Assembly: GCA_016748015.1 (NCBI GenBank)
Contig: JAAOMT010000502.1
Span: 496,001 to 560,000 of the forward strand
Direction: 5' to 3'
DNA: 64,000 nucleotides
Source: Geosiphon pyriformis uo1
Taxonomy: Eukaryota; Fungi; Glomeromycota
Numbering within the stretch: the stretch's first letter is position 1; every line of letters starts with the position of its first letter. Below the pieces are notes generated by a model. The model made no database searches. It worked only from the letters and a program-made list of their open reading frames with translations, and had not been told where the DNA came from. A program made the translations under genes and the position numbers. This document shows, one piece after another, positions 12,480 through 25,280 of this stretch.

Positions 12480-13732
12480 GTTTAAACTCTAATTGTTGTC
12501 TTGGATTAAAAATATCATGAAGACAATGAAGAATATCGTTACTCTATGTAATCTCAGTAGAGATTTAACTGATGTTTTCCTCAATGGAAGATTCGAATGA
12601 AATATGATTATAATTAATTTCAATAAGGGAATATTAAATTCGAGAGGGGAGGGGCTAAAAGCTAATTAAAGTTAGAGAATTAGATTTTATCAATCTAAGA
12701 TTTCTAATAATTGAATTATAGTTAGTTAGTCTATATGCAATACCAAATGCAATTTACAATTTATGGAAACTCTGAGATGTGTATAAGAGACAGCTTTAAT
12801 ATATGGAATTACGCAAAACCCTGAAACACTCGAGTATGGAATTGTGATGGAGTTTGCCGAACATGGAGACTTGCGAAAGTATATATCAAAAAATTTTGAT
12901 TCTGTGAGTTGGTTTGAAAAATTAAGGACCGCGGTGAATATCGCTGAAGGACTTGTTGCAATTCATTCGTCTGGTTTGGTTCATCGTGACCTACACTCGG
13001 GCAACATCCTACAAGTAAATGATTCTGGTGTATCAATTGGAGACCTCGGATTATGTCAACCAGTAAACTATGAAGCAACAACAACAGAGAAAGGCCTCCT
13101 TTTCATGACCGTCCTCATGATAATACTCTCATATTGAATATTGTTTCTAAGGGTATTAGACCTGAAATTATCTCCCCACTTATTCCACCTTCAATTGCTA
13201 AAATTATTGTAAAGTGTTGGGATGTTAATCCTGAAAATCGTCCTACTGCGGAAGAAGTTAAACTGAAGTTGGAAAAACTTGATTATGCGTTTATACGGTT
13301 TACAGATGAATCGTCAATGATAGAAGACCCTATGGATGAAGAGTATATAGATGAGGAGTTTAAATATGAAGAGGCAATAACTGTGAATCGCCAGTTTTTA
13401 GAATCAGAAAACTATATAAAAGAAATGTTGAAGAACGACGCGACAACAAATGTTCATTCAGGAGCATTTTATACAAGTCGTCTTTTAACTTCGCAAACGG
13501 ATGAATTTTCTGACGGTTAGTTTATCTATTTTTATATTTATTGATTTGATGATTTAATTATTATTATACAGTATATTAAAATTTTACATTTAATTTCCTT
13601 TACTTTTTAAAAAGACTTTTTCAATTTACCTGAAGGTAAGAATTTGAACAAAATTGAGAATATAATAACACTTTTTTATTTTACCATCTATTAGATTTAG
13701 ACATAAGTTTAGACGACGACTTCGACTATTGA
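12480..13732 (+). pseudogene. Tyrosine-kinase-like (TKL) protein kinase, disrupted in this assembly
   Basis: IYGITQNP..VMEFAEHGDL..HRDLHSGNIL..DLGLC, then a jump to PPFHDRPHD..IRPEI..CWDVNPENRPTA; subdomains VIII-IX are missing and the 5' exons are scrambled. The 3' splicing is intact (donor after 13515, micro-exon 13615-13635, last exon 13695-13732). Confidence 0.85.
12775..12793 (+). other. Tn5 mosaic end / Nextera adapter (technical artefact)
   Basis: Exact 19-mer AGATGTGTATAAGAGACAG. Confidence 0.97.
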
Positions 13733-15007
13733 TAATTTAATTTTAATCTTTTCATAACTGACATATATCCTAGGTAAGCTTTATTATATTACAAATTTTT
13801 TACGATATTAGTTATAAAGTTTATTAAATTTATTTATTATATATATAATTTTATTAATATTAACTTATTATAAAATAATATTTTTTATCACCTAAAATAA
13901 TCAATATTTTATCATTTGCTCGTTCAACCTCATAAATTCCTAGTCAATCTCGATCATATAAGATATTGCTCACAATGAAACATACCGAAGCAATTTCCAT
14001 TTATGTTTTTTGAACGTTCCCATGAAATCCATTCATAATTATTCAGACTAGGATAATAATAATTTTTAGTAGGTGTGAGTAATAGATTAGATTATTAATT
14101 ATGTTATTAACTACTTTATTGTCCATAAACTGATTTTTGATCCAACTTTTAAATTCAAACTTTAAAAAAATAAATATTTCTTTTAAAACACGTAAATAGC
14201 TATTGATTTTAATAATTTTTTTTTCTCAACTTTAAAAAAAGAAAATTCAGGCTCACCTTCAACATTTAACATAAATTATTTCATAATAATCGGTATTGAA
14301 ATAATGGTGCAAAACAATTTGAGTACGACATGTCGGTAAATACAAGAATGTCATAGAAAACTGAATTAAAAGAATCAACGAATAAATCTCAATTGATGGA
14401 ATCAAAGGTTTAGTTTAGCATCTGGGAAAGACGAATCTGGAAACCCAACCAAATAAAAAAGAAATATGAAAGAATTTTGCTGAATTACAAACACAAAAAG
14501 ATGAATAAACGGTATTTTTGACGAAAATATAATTCAACAAAAAGAAACGAATAAACGAACAGAACAGAATTTTAAAGTAGAAGAATTTATTTTATTTCAT
14601 TTTAAAATTTAGAACCCGAATTTTTTTGAAAATCATAAAGAAAAAATAAAAATCTGAGAGAGATACAATTATAAAATACAAATATTAAAATTGTACGAAA
14701 AAAATATGACCTTATTTACAGTTGCCAAGATATATAAATTTTTAAGATGTTTGAGACTTAAAATTGTTCATTTTATTAAAAGTCCAATATGGTAAATTCT
14801 GGATCGATTGAAACTAAAATATTTCAGGTTTCAGAAGCAGAGAAAGAATTGCGAGATCAATTGAGTCGGATTTGGAATAAATTATCAGCTATTTTTCTTT
14901 TCAATTAATTGATGAAGTTTCGAAGAAATCTTTAATTAACAGGACAAGTGGAAAAAGTAGATTCATTAAAGCTTATTCAAATGAAGGACTTTTGTTGACG
15001 AGAAACG

Positions 15008-15041
15008 AAAATCGGCACAAAGTGAAATTTGTGCCGATTTT
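15008..15041. repeat. Perfect 14-bp inverted repeat with 6-nt loop
   Basis: AAAATCGGCACAAA-GTGAAA-TTTGTGCCGATTTT. Confidence 0.9.
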
Positions 15042-16055
15042 ATAGAAACCTATTTAATCATGAGGGCTATTGTATTGATAGCTATTAACATTATAAGGTC
15101 ATTGTTATAGTTCTTAAAATTCATATCATAGCTTTTTGCAGTGAAAGCGTTATGGGTTTTTCTTGTTACTTAACAAAATTCCAAAAAGGGAAACAAAAAA
15201 ATTTTCAATTAATAGGTATTCAGCATTTTCGAACACAGAGTTTATTGTTCACCAGTTTCATCATTTATTTTTTGTTAATGTCCTACAAAAAGTATCGCAA
15301 AAACCCATAGTCTTGAATTTAATTATAAATCAATTAGAAAAAATCTATAAATTGACTGCATTTGTCGAGAATGCATGAATTAATTCAAAAGTGTTACGTG
15401 AGAATTAAAGTCTTCCAAAAATTAAGATTATCCAATATAACAAACACAGGCTCATTCATTCGGGAAAATAAAAATTTTAAACATTCCTGTATACCGGCAT
15501 TGCTGTCTCTTACATCTGCTGTTGAATAAATTTATCTTGACTTTGAATGAATTGATCATATTGCAGCTAAAAGCGGTTTTTGATAATAAAAATACCCATG
15601 TAAAAATAAATGAGACGACTTCATCCTATGTCTTAATTTGTCGAAAATAAAATTTTGAGAAATCTAGAATGAAGGAAACGAATTGAAAAAATCATCTTAA
15701 TAAAATTTCTTGAAATTCTTGCATAAAAAGATTAGACGAAATAAGAAGTTACAATTTTACATTATCGATATTTTATTACCAATTTTTTTTTAATTGTCTG
15801 AATTGTGATCAAATTTTATGTTAGGAATCCCCACAAACAAGTTTGACATTATTTATTTTAATGAGTAAATAAATTGAAATTTTTATTATAAATTTTAATA
15901 CAAACTATTTAACAATTAAATTTATGTGTTCCATAATCAAAAAAAAATGTGTAAGATGAAATTATATGTTTTTAATTTACGCGTTTCTCATAATAAAAAC
16001 TAGATATTATTATCTTGACTTTTGTTCACCCCCTTATCAAGATTTTCAAAAGGCT

Positions 16056-16831
16056 TTAAAGAACTTTGGTCAACCACTAAAATTAAATATTAATTAGTAT
16101 ATTTCCCATAAATTCAAGGATAGAAATCTTAAAAAGTTTCTTAATACCTGAAAACCATCTAACAGCCCATCACCACTCTTGGCAGAAGTTCCTTGAACAA
16201 ACCATTTTCTTCCGAAAATTTGATGCAATTCCAAAGCACTAGTGACTTCGGCTGGGTTCATCGCATTTGGTAAATCTTGTTTATTGGCAAAAATTAAGAA
16301 TGCAGCATTCTGTAAATCTTGTTCTGCTATAAGCCAATGTAATTCTTGACGAGCTTTTTGAATTCGAATTGGATCACGGTCAGCAGCATCATAAACAAAA
16401 ACTACCGCCCCGACGTTGGTATAGTAATGTCTCCAAAGTGGGCGAATTGCGTCTTGACCACCTGTAAAAAAAGTAAAAAAGAGTTAAGTTCATTGATTTA
16501 ATAATCAGGAAACTCCCAAGATTCTTCCGAATGGCTAAGGTTAAATGACTTACCAATATCCCAAATTGTCATATTTAATTTATTAATGGTTACACTCTCT
16601 ACGTTAAATCCAATTGTTGGAATGGTGTTAACGGTCTCCCCAATTTTTAATTGATAGAGAATGGTAGTTTTTCCAGCTGCATCTAATCCTAACTATAAAT
16701 GAAAAGATCCCGGATTTTCAATGAGTAAAATTTTCAATAATTTAATCATTGTTATAACTCACCATTAGAATGCGCATTTCTTTATTAAGAATGCGAAAAT
16801 TTGAGAAAATCAGGGAAATTAGAGCACCCAT
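16056..16831 (-). CDS. ADP-ribosylation factor (ARF/ARL) family small GTPase, 180 aa, 4 exons
   Basis: Exons 16831-16763, 16692-16554, 16461-16148, 16076-16056 (543 nt, GT-AG introns). MG start, [31 protein letters not shown]. Confidence 0.96.
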
Positions 16832-17370
16832 TTTTATTATCTTGGATGTTAAAGGAGGAAGTTGAAGATTTTTAAAGTCGAAAATAACTCCTAGAGTTTT
16901 TTTGTTTTAGAAGAAAGTTATGAGTTTTTTATTACAGTTAATGTACTAAATTCAAGATATTTTAAACTCTCTAAATTCTCCTCGACGCGTCTTTTATATA
17001 TGGAATTTTTTTTGATTTTTTTTACTCCGCCACCACCTTGGAAAAACTAATAAAAAACACGCGGGTTTTTTATTTGAAATTGAATGACGTGTCTAAACGA
17101 GATTTCGCCACATATAGTATATGTGTCGGCGCAGTTCGTTAATCAGTGGTTACAAATACGTGTCTTGAATTTGATGGATATTTTAGTTCGCAGTACAAAG
17201 ATTAATTCAATGTAGATTTCTCATTGCTGCGCAAATAAAAAATCTGACATGCTAACGAATCCTTTGTTGTCAAGATTAGTAGTATTCAAAATTAATAATG
17301 ATAATGAACATTAATGATAATACTGAAATGCCTTAAATAAGAAAATTGATTTTTAATGAAAAGAACTTTA

Positions 17371-17406
<36 letters not shown>
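17371..17406. repeat. (AAT)n microsatellite
   Basis: About 12 AAT units. Confidence 0.9.
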
Positions 17407-18669
17407 TCTTTTTTTTCGAGTGTCAAAGTTTAAGCTCTTAAGATAATTTTTTATTCTTTTGTAAATTCTGAACTTACTAGTTATCACTTTCATGTTATTG
17501 GCATTTGAATACTAAGTTGTAATAAGATGTTTTATTGAAGCAACGGAAATGCTTTAATTTTGATTTAGTCCTAAAAACATAAAGCTTTTTTTCATTTATA
17601 TAATAAAAACTTTGTAAAAATTTAAGTTTTAAAGACTAAAATTAATTTCTTAATAATATTTCAAAGTTTAAAATATGAAAACACAATTGCATCTTAAATA
17701 TATTTGAAAAATTTTAATTTAAAATAGTATCCTATTTTTTATATTAAATATTAAATTTTACAGAATTTTTTTTTTCATATAAATAATCATAATTTTAGAG
17801 AATTTTCACAGGTTAATCAATAGTAATTTTTGTTTTTTATACATATTCTTAAGGTTTAATGCTAATGTTATAGTGCTTGTAAAAAATTTAATTGCCAAAA
17901 TTTATTTCCATTAAAGCTCTGAATAGATAAAAAAAATTTATTATCGATAACAAAAATTTATGTCTATAATCTCAAGCCATTTAAATAGTGATGACATTAT
18001 AAGACAGAACTCAATAAAAATTCATTAATGATAAAGTTTTTTCAATATTTTTTATTCAATAATCAAATTTGGTTCCTTAAATACTGTATTAAATACATGC
18101 TATTTAACATTTTTAAAAAGCATTTGATTATATGTACTTTACTGATGATTGTTTTTCAACTTTTGAAAACATATAAATAAATATTCAAATTTCTAACTCT
18201 GTTCCTTAGTTTTAAGAATTATTCACAATATATATACACGGAGTTTATCGATTAAGAATTTAAATAGATAACCAAAATAATGAAATGATGCAAAGTAATT
18301 AAAAAGTGTTTTTAATTTTCATCACTCTTTTCTGTTTACCTATTGGTAAATATGAAATTGGTGTAAATATTTGATATTTTTTAGCTGACAAAATGAAAAC
18401 CAAGCTGGTAAATGGGACTTCAAAAATAAACTCTTTATAACAAAATTTAGGTTTCCTTTAAAAATTAGCAAAAACAGAGTAGTCTGTCATTTCTGGGTCA
18501 AAAAAAAGGTCAAGATTTCTAAAGTTCTTTAGAATATCTCACAATTGATTAACCAAAGTTGTATTATTTTCACAAAAACCTTTGAATTCAACGCTTCTTT
18601 ACACTTAAAGAAAAAAAATTGTTTAATTGTGGATGGTCTAAAAAAACAATTCATCATGTTCAATTGGAA

Positions 18670-19235
18670 ATTAAGGCCCATTATGGATAAAGTCTTTTGG
18701 CATATCCTCACTTGATTGACCAGCGTTACATTCCCATCTGGATAGATCATACAACGTAAATAATAGGCAATACTATTATTTCTGTAAAACCAAGATTTCA
18801 TCAAGCAATGCCCGTGAGATCTTCCAAGTGCCGTTTTTATCACAATCATAATCCTGCCAGTTGTACACTTTGGTCCCTCCTATTCTTCGAATTTTGTCGC
18901 ATTGACCACAAGTCTTGAATGTGTAAGCTTTATTCCGGATAATAACACAAACCCTTAATTCCTCGGCTTTGCTGATCAGACAATGGTGTCAAATTTGCGG
19001 GTAATCTAAGTGATTTTCAGTGAATTTCACTTTACATTTGAAAAATTACTTTATTAAGTCAACAGGTCATTTTACTCCCACGTTTTCAGAAGGATACTAA
19101 TAAATTAGCATTTTTGCAGATAAGATCATCCAACTACTTGGACTTTTTAATAGCAACGTGTTCTCCTTCTTTGGATACAGCAGATAAAAATTGTATTATG
19201 AAAAGAATGTCTTGTGAAAGTTCATGCTTACAAAT
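18670..19235 (-). pseudogene. Fanzor2 / IS607-TnpB-like nuclease relic 1 plus structured 3' non-coding region
   Basis: Open frame 18988-18776: HHCLISKAEELRVCVIIRNKAYTFKTCGQCDKIRRIGGTKVYNWQDYDCDKNGTWKISRALLDEILVLQK*, matching the TnpB pattern E.YTSKTC..CG..K...C..C....DRD.NGARNI. Upstream are LDDLICK (~19110-19135) and a probable decayed DPG.RTF (~19200-19230). Confidence 0.8.
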
Positions 19236-20530
19236 TAAAAAAACCACAAATTTTTAAAGAATGGAGAAAAAAATGGTATTAAAAATTAAGAACATTCTCC
19301 GGTTTTTTTGTCTCAAGTCCTAATTGTTTGAAGTGGATATATGAGCCAATATTTTTGATTCAAAATTGAAAAAAGAAAAGTTGCTCTCTTGTTACTCGAA
19401 ATTTTTTCTTTGCAGTAAAAATACAGATGTGAAAGTAAAATTACTTATAAGAAAAATAAAGAAGGTAATATCACCATTTTGAAAAGTTAGCTTAAAAAAA
19501 TGGAATACTTATTTTTATAATTTTAAATCTAAAAAATAATAATTGATGTTCAAATATTTTAATATACTTACAGTGTTTTGCAAAAGTCATTAAGGTTTAT
19601 TTATTATTTTAATTATAATTATTACATTATTCAACAACAAATTTGAAAAAAGATATTAACAAACCAAAAAAAATATCATTATTAAGTAATTCCATAAATA
19701 AAAACATTAATAAATATTACTAATGAAGAATCAATTACAATTTCGATAAAACTTTTGATTATTTTTTATAAAGTTTTTTTTTTTTGAATATACAGCTTTT
19801 TCAAATATTTCGGAGCAGTTACTTTCCCTTTTTGAATTTAAAATGGGACAGATTTTTTTAATTAAAAAATTGATGCTCCAATTTATTTTTGTTAAAAGTG
19901 GGTAGATTTTAAAAAACGAATCAGAGAATAAGAAACAAAGTGAAACTTTAACTGCGCTTTTTAATTAATAGTAATAAAGACATAATATTTTAATCTAAAT
20001 ATGGAATAGCTTATTCGGATCTAAAGTCACAAGAAACTTTACAATTTTTAATAAATGTATTTTTTGGGATAAAAAGAGTCTCCATGAAATTTCTTTGTAT
20101 TTTTTGATGCTAGTCCATTTGGTTTTTACCAACTTCCGTGGAATTAAAAGTAAGAAATAAATTGATCCGCTAACCATTTCGAACTTTTTGTCATTCAAAT
20201 AAATTCTTGTCCTATTATCAAAATTTTAATTTAAAGAGAAATGAAAATACTCCAAATTTACGTGACCCAATGTTAATTGCGCAAATTTTTAATCATACAA
20301 TTTGATTGTTTTGGCATAGTAGACTGAATTTTTTGTGCTCGTCTCATTTATTTTATTAAAATTATCTAACATATGAATTGAAGTCATATTTTTAGCGGAA
20401 AAACTTTAACTCAAAGAACTGTGAAAATTTCTCATTTCAAATATATTTTAAAGGGGGAATTTGATTGATTCATGTGCAGCTTACCAAACTGTTTTGCTTT
20501 CCCGTCTGAACCTGGAAAAAACGTAGAATG

Positions 20531-20548
20531 TAATTAATTAATTAATTA

Positions 20549-20579
<31 letters not shown>

Positions 20580-20586
20580 AACTAAC
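20531..20586. repeat. Compound tetranucleotide microsatellite (TAAT)n-(TGAT)n-(TAAC)n
   Basis: Directly visible. Confidence 0.9.
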
Positions 20587-23500
20587 GACGAAGATTCAGA
20601 GGTCAATCAAATTTTTTTAATCTTGAAGGGATTGAAAATCAAAATCTTGGATATGGTCCGTGCACTTGCATTAATTTGTTTGGGAAACCGTGCAGTAGCA
20701 ACCTGCAGTGCACCACAAATAAAGAATATCCGAATCCGTTCCGATCATCATCAAAATATAATTTATAAGCTTCATTCAAGCACAAATTTGAAGACCAAAA
20801 AAGTTTACAAGTAATTACCTAAGCCTTAAATTTCCTTTGCATTAGGCCCGGGAGTCAGATTTACTTTAAGAAAAGAAGAACAGAAGCAATATTAAGAAGC
20901 GTTTCAAAAATTTCGCAGTTATGGTTACGTCAGACTGAATTTAAAGAGGTTTTATTTAAGATTTTCGGCAATCAAGAATTTTTTAAATTTTCTTCAAAAT
21001 TTGTCTTTGGATTGAAATTGATTAGAACTTTTAAAGTTACTATGAACAAAATTGGTTTGGCTTTTGAAATTTATTCATTATTTATTCATCATTTTAAATA
21101 TATATATATATATATTTTTTTAATTGAAATTTCTTAGTCAATTTTATTTAAAGTGATTTATAGGTTTTAAACTTAAATAAGATTTATATATGAGATAATT
21201 GGAACCTTGCCAATTTTGAAACAGGGATTTCTATTGGACAATAAATATTCTACAGTTGATTCATTTATAATTCGAAGTATTTGCAAGAGCCTGGTACGAA
21301 AAAAATTCATGGGTACCTGAATCTAAATTGTTTCTATAAGATCAAAAATCAATTAAGTTTTTTTAACAATTTATAGGTTCCCATAACATTTCATTTATCA
21401 CTAACTCATGTGCAAGACAAATGTTGTTCAACCACGAAATATTAAGCAGCTAAAACCCGTAAAACTTGAAGTTTTAGGTAAAATATTTTATATTCTACAT
21501 GAAGCAACAGGAAAGTTTTTCAAAGTATTCTTTTTAAAATAAAATTTATTTTTGTTTGTTTTATTGTACAATGGTTTTTTAATAATTCCCCAAACTATTG
21601 GTTAAGAAAATAATTAAAATTTTCAAAGAATAAATTAAAACAATTAAAACAATTAAAAAATAAATAAATAAATAAATTATAAAAAAATATTTTTAAATAA
21701 TATCCGAAAAGATAACACAGATCTCTGTTAATACCGAGAAGATTTTAAAATTTTTGAAAAACAACTTTTACTTTCAGTAAAGAAAGCAACAAAGTTTGGG
21801 GTAGAAATACCAATAATTGTGATTATAAAAATAAAAATAAACTAAAAATGGGGGAACATATTTAACATCTCAAAAGACTTTTTTGAGTTAGAAATTTACC
21901 GTAATCCAATTTATCCTATTTGAGTAATTTATTTTCAGAACCTTGGAGAACAATTTTTATAATTTAGCAAGGGCTTTTTTTTGATATTATTATTATTATT
22001 TTTAATTATCAAAACTAAGAGAAAAAACGGAAATTAATATAATTAATTTCAAACGCACTAAATTGTAAATATATATGATTCTGCATGCATGCATATAATA
22101 AACTAAGAATAACACAATTTTTTTTTAAAGTTTGATAAGTTATGACTTTCTTTTTTTATATATGAGTGAACTGTTTTTATCATATTAAGAAATGATTTTC
22201 AAAATAATGATTGAAAAAGGTGGTGATTCCAAATTCCCATTTTAATGGTTTCTTTCATTGTAGCATTTGGGTTTCCGAGGTTTGTAAAACATAAAAATTA
22301 ATAGCTCAAAATATTACAACATGATCATATAATTGGTAATTTTCATCAGCCAAAAAATTAAATTAAATCAACAAGAACCAATCAATATTCTAAATCATCA
22401 TTCTTTATTTCAAATTCATTATCGTAATATTTGTTAATTGTGTTCCCCACATGTTTTTGTTGATCAAAAAAATTATTTTTTTTGGCCGGCAAATTCCGAC
22501 ATCAGGAAAAATTGGCAGAGATTTTTACATGTGCATGCACTAGACTTTGAATAGTTCGATAGAGTTTCCATAAATGGACTTTGACAAAATTAGAAGATAA
22601 GAAATGGATCTAACCCTTTCTTTTTTAGCTCAGTAAAAAGAGAAATTTAATCAGACAAGGTTTGAATCATTTCTAAAAATGGTAGGATATTGCTTTTTGA
22701 AACGAAATATATGATTATTATAAAAAAAAAAAGTTTCCTAAAAAGCCTGACTCTTGAGGATTTTCCCAATAATCACACAAAGAGCTTTGATGAAATAATT
22801 CTGCAGTATTGAAATAAATATATATATATATATATATATATGCAGGGGCTGAAAATACATTAAAAAAATAATTTTTAGGTACAGATTTTATAAAACAGAA
22901 TATTAGTTTTTGACATATGACCTTTTATTTGCATAATAACGAATGAACACATTTTCAGAAATAAATAGTGTGGCGCGGGTGACTTTGGAAGTACGAAGCT
23001 TTCATTCAAACATGCACCTAAACATGCACCTATTTTATTTAGCACATTTAAAAAAGTAGAAATCGGCATCACATTAAAGTTTTAAGTTGAAAATTGAGAA
23101 TTTAAAACGACGAAATAATTTTCTTCTTTCTTTTTCCATCACTTGTGCCATCGTTACTAACTAATTTTTATTTTGTTTTTTTGACTTTTCGAAGTCTCAC
23201 TTTCCTTTAAATTATTTTATTAAAAATTCAAATATATTTAATTAGTAAACAGAAAGTTTCAACTTTCAACCTCCTTTTAAAATTTTGATACAATTCTACC
23301 TGCACTTTTGAATTTCAAGCAATTCGGTTCTTCGACTTTTGGTCTCTTAAGGATTTCAAGAAAATAACATTTCCCAATAAAATCTAAAATCATAAACCTC
23401 TCCCTATTTTCAAGCCTTTTTTTCGTTGATATGAGGTTTGAATTGTTCTATTTCTCAACTTTGATTCTTTTCTCAATTTATTCCGGATTTTAATAACAAA

Positions 23501-23620
23501 GTTTTCTTTCTTCTATTCTTTTCTTATTTTGGTAGAACCAAACAAATTTCGTGACGAATAAACGAGAATCTTTACAAAACTCACTCACAGAACATTATCT
23601 CTGTTTTCCAACAAAACACA

Positions 23621-25035
23621 ATGCGTCTTTACAAATCCTCTAAGGAAAAAAAAATCTCTTTGAGCAAATTATTCAGCAAATGGCATCTTTTAAAAAAAGA
23701 TCTAACAAGTCCCACCAAATCTACCAACTCAACAAACCTAGCTTCATTACCTACCACATCTACCATCTCATCCTCCAAACAAAAAAGCTTCAAACTTGCA
23801 AAACGTATAAGTGGTTCGGGTTCTTCCACCCCATTGTCACCAATATCAGACTCAATAAATCTGTTGATCGCAAGTACGGATGGTGAAACAATAATGGATC
23901 AAAAGTATGATGCGAATGATAAATTTCGATATATTGAAGGAAGACGATATCATAATGTGAAAAGATCAAGATATTATTTACCGAATGATGAAAAAGAGTT
24001 GGAATTATCTCACAAGATCCATAAATTCACTCGAGGGATTTGGCAGTCTAATTTTTCGTCACCGATTCAGGAGCAGTTGATGAAAGGTGGTGTAAGGGTG
24101 TTGGACGTTGGGTATGTAATTATTTATAAATAAATATATAAATTTAATCATTGATTTATTACTTTTCCTAATCATTGATTGAATGGATAAGATTAAAGAA
24201 TTCCTTTCAATTTATTCTAGATGTGGTTCAGGATCATGGATAATAGATATGGCCAAACAATATCCAAACTGTCATTTCACCGCAGTCGACATGTCCCCTC
24301 TGATATCCCGCGATTCACAACCAGAGAACGTTCGATTCTATGAGGAAGACATTATAGACGGTCTATCTTTCCCGAATGAAACTTTCCATTATGTACATAT
24401 GCAAAATATGACTGCTGCTTTTTCAGAATCTGAGTGGCATACAGCCATCAGGGAATTAGAACGTGTACTCAAACGAGGTGGTTATATCGAATTAATGGAA
24501 TATGAACTCACTTTGCATAATGACGGACCTATTTCAAAGCTTTTATTTAGTTCATGTAAGGAAAAAATTAATTCGGTTATTCGTATTATTTTGAGAAAAT
24601 CAACTAATTGATAGTAAATATATTTTAGTCGTCACTGACTTGAAATCCCGAGGAATGGCCAGTACCATCTATCAAGAAATGGTTCAACTTCTTACCGCTA
24701 ATCAACGATTTTCACGAATCACCAAACTACAAGTATCAGCACCATTTGGTAAATGGGCAGGAAAATTTGGTAAAGAGATGGCCGAAGTTTTATGTAAGAG
24801 TCAATTTAATGTGAAAAAACTTTTTTTTTCTTTTAATGATGAACCTTAAATTACTCTGCTAATTTACAATACCCTTTTTGCAGTCACATCTTTCCGCTCA
24901 TTCAAAACCAAAATCTCCAACATACTCGGCTTAGAACCTCAAGAATTTGACGACATGCTTGAAACATGGTCAGAAGAAATTGATGAGTATAAGCCATATT
25001 GGATTGCATATCGTTGGTGGGCTCAAAAAGTATAA
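23621..25035 (+). CDS. LaeA-like class I SAM-dependent methyltransferase, 4 exons
   Basis: Exons 23621-24111, 24221-24555, 24629-24793, 24884-25035. GRRYH..YYLPNDEKE, VLDVGCGSGSW, RVLKRGGYIELME, ending WAQKV*. Confidence 0.94.
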
Positions 25036-25219
25036 AGATTTTCAAGATTTTTTTGTTTTATTCCTTCCTCCTCTTTTTCTTATGTCACATTGATACCCTC
25101 ATCACACTCCACATATTTCCTATCCTTATCATTTTCTGTCTCGTCTTTCAGAATTTGCAAAAAAATTAAAATCTTCACAGCTGATATTGATGATGACCAT
25201 TGTACATAGTTCAAACCCT

Positions 25220-25280
25220 TTCATTCATTCACTCATTTATTCATTCATTCATTCATTCATTCATTTCATGTCATGTCATG
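25220..25280. repeat. (TTCA)n microsatellite
   Basis: Directly visible; it generates the spurious ORF 25187-25462. Confidence 0.85.

Noticed and set aside
14300-15000. Purine-rich, coding-like stretch
   Set aside because: No sustained frame or recognisable motif, and it lies in the suspect assembly zone.
18529-18849. 106-aa minus-strand ORF
   Set aside because: A different frame from the Fanzor-like peptide; it runs through the hairpin region and has no motif.
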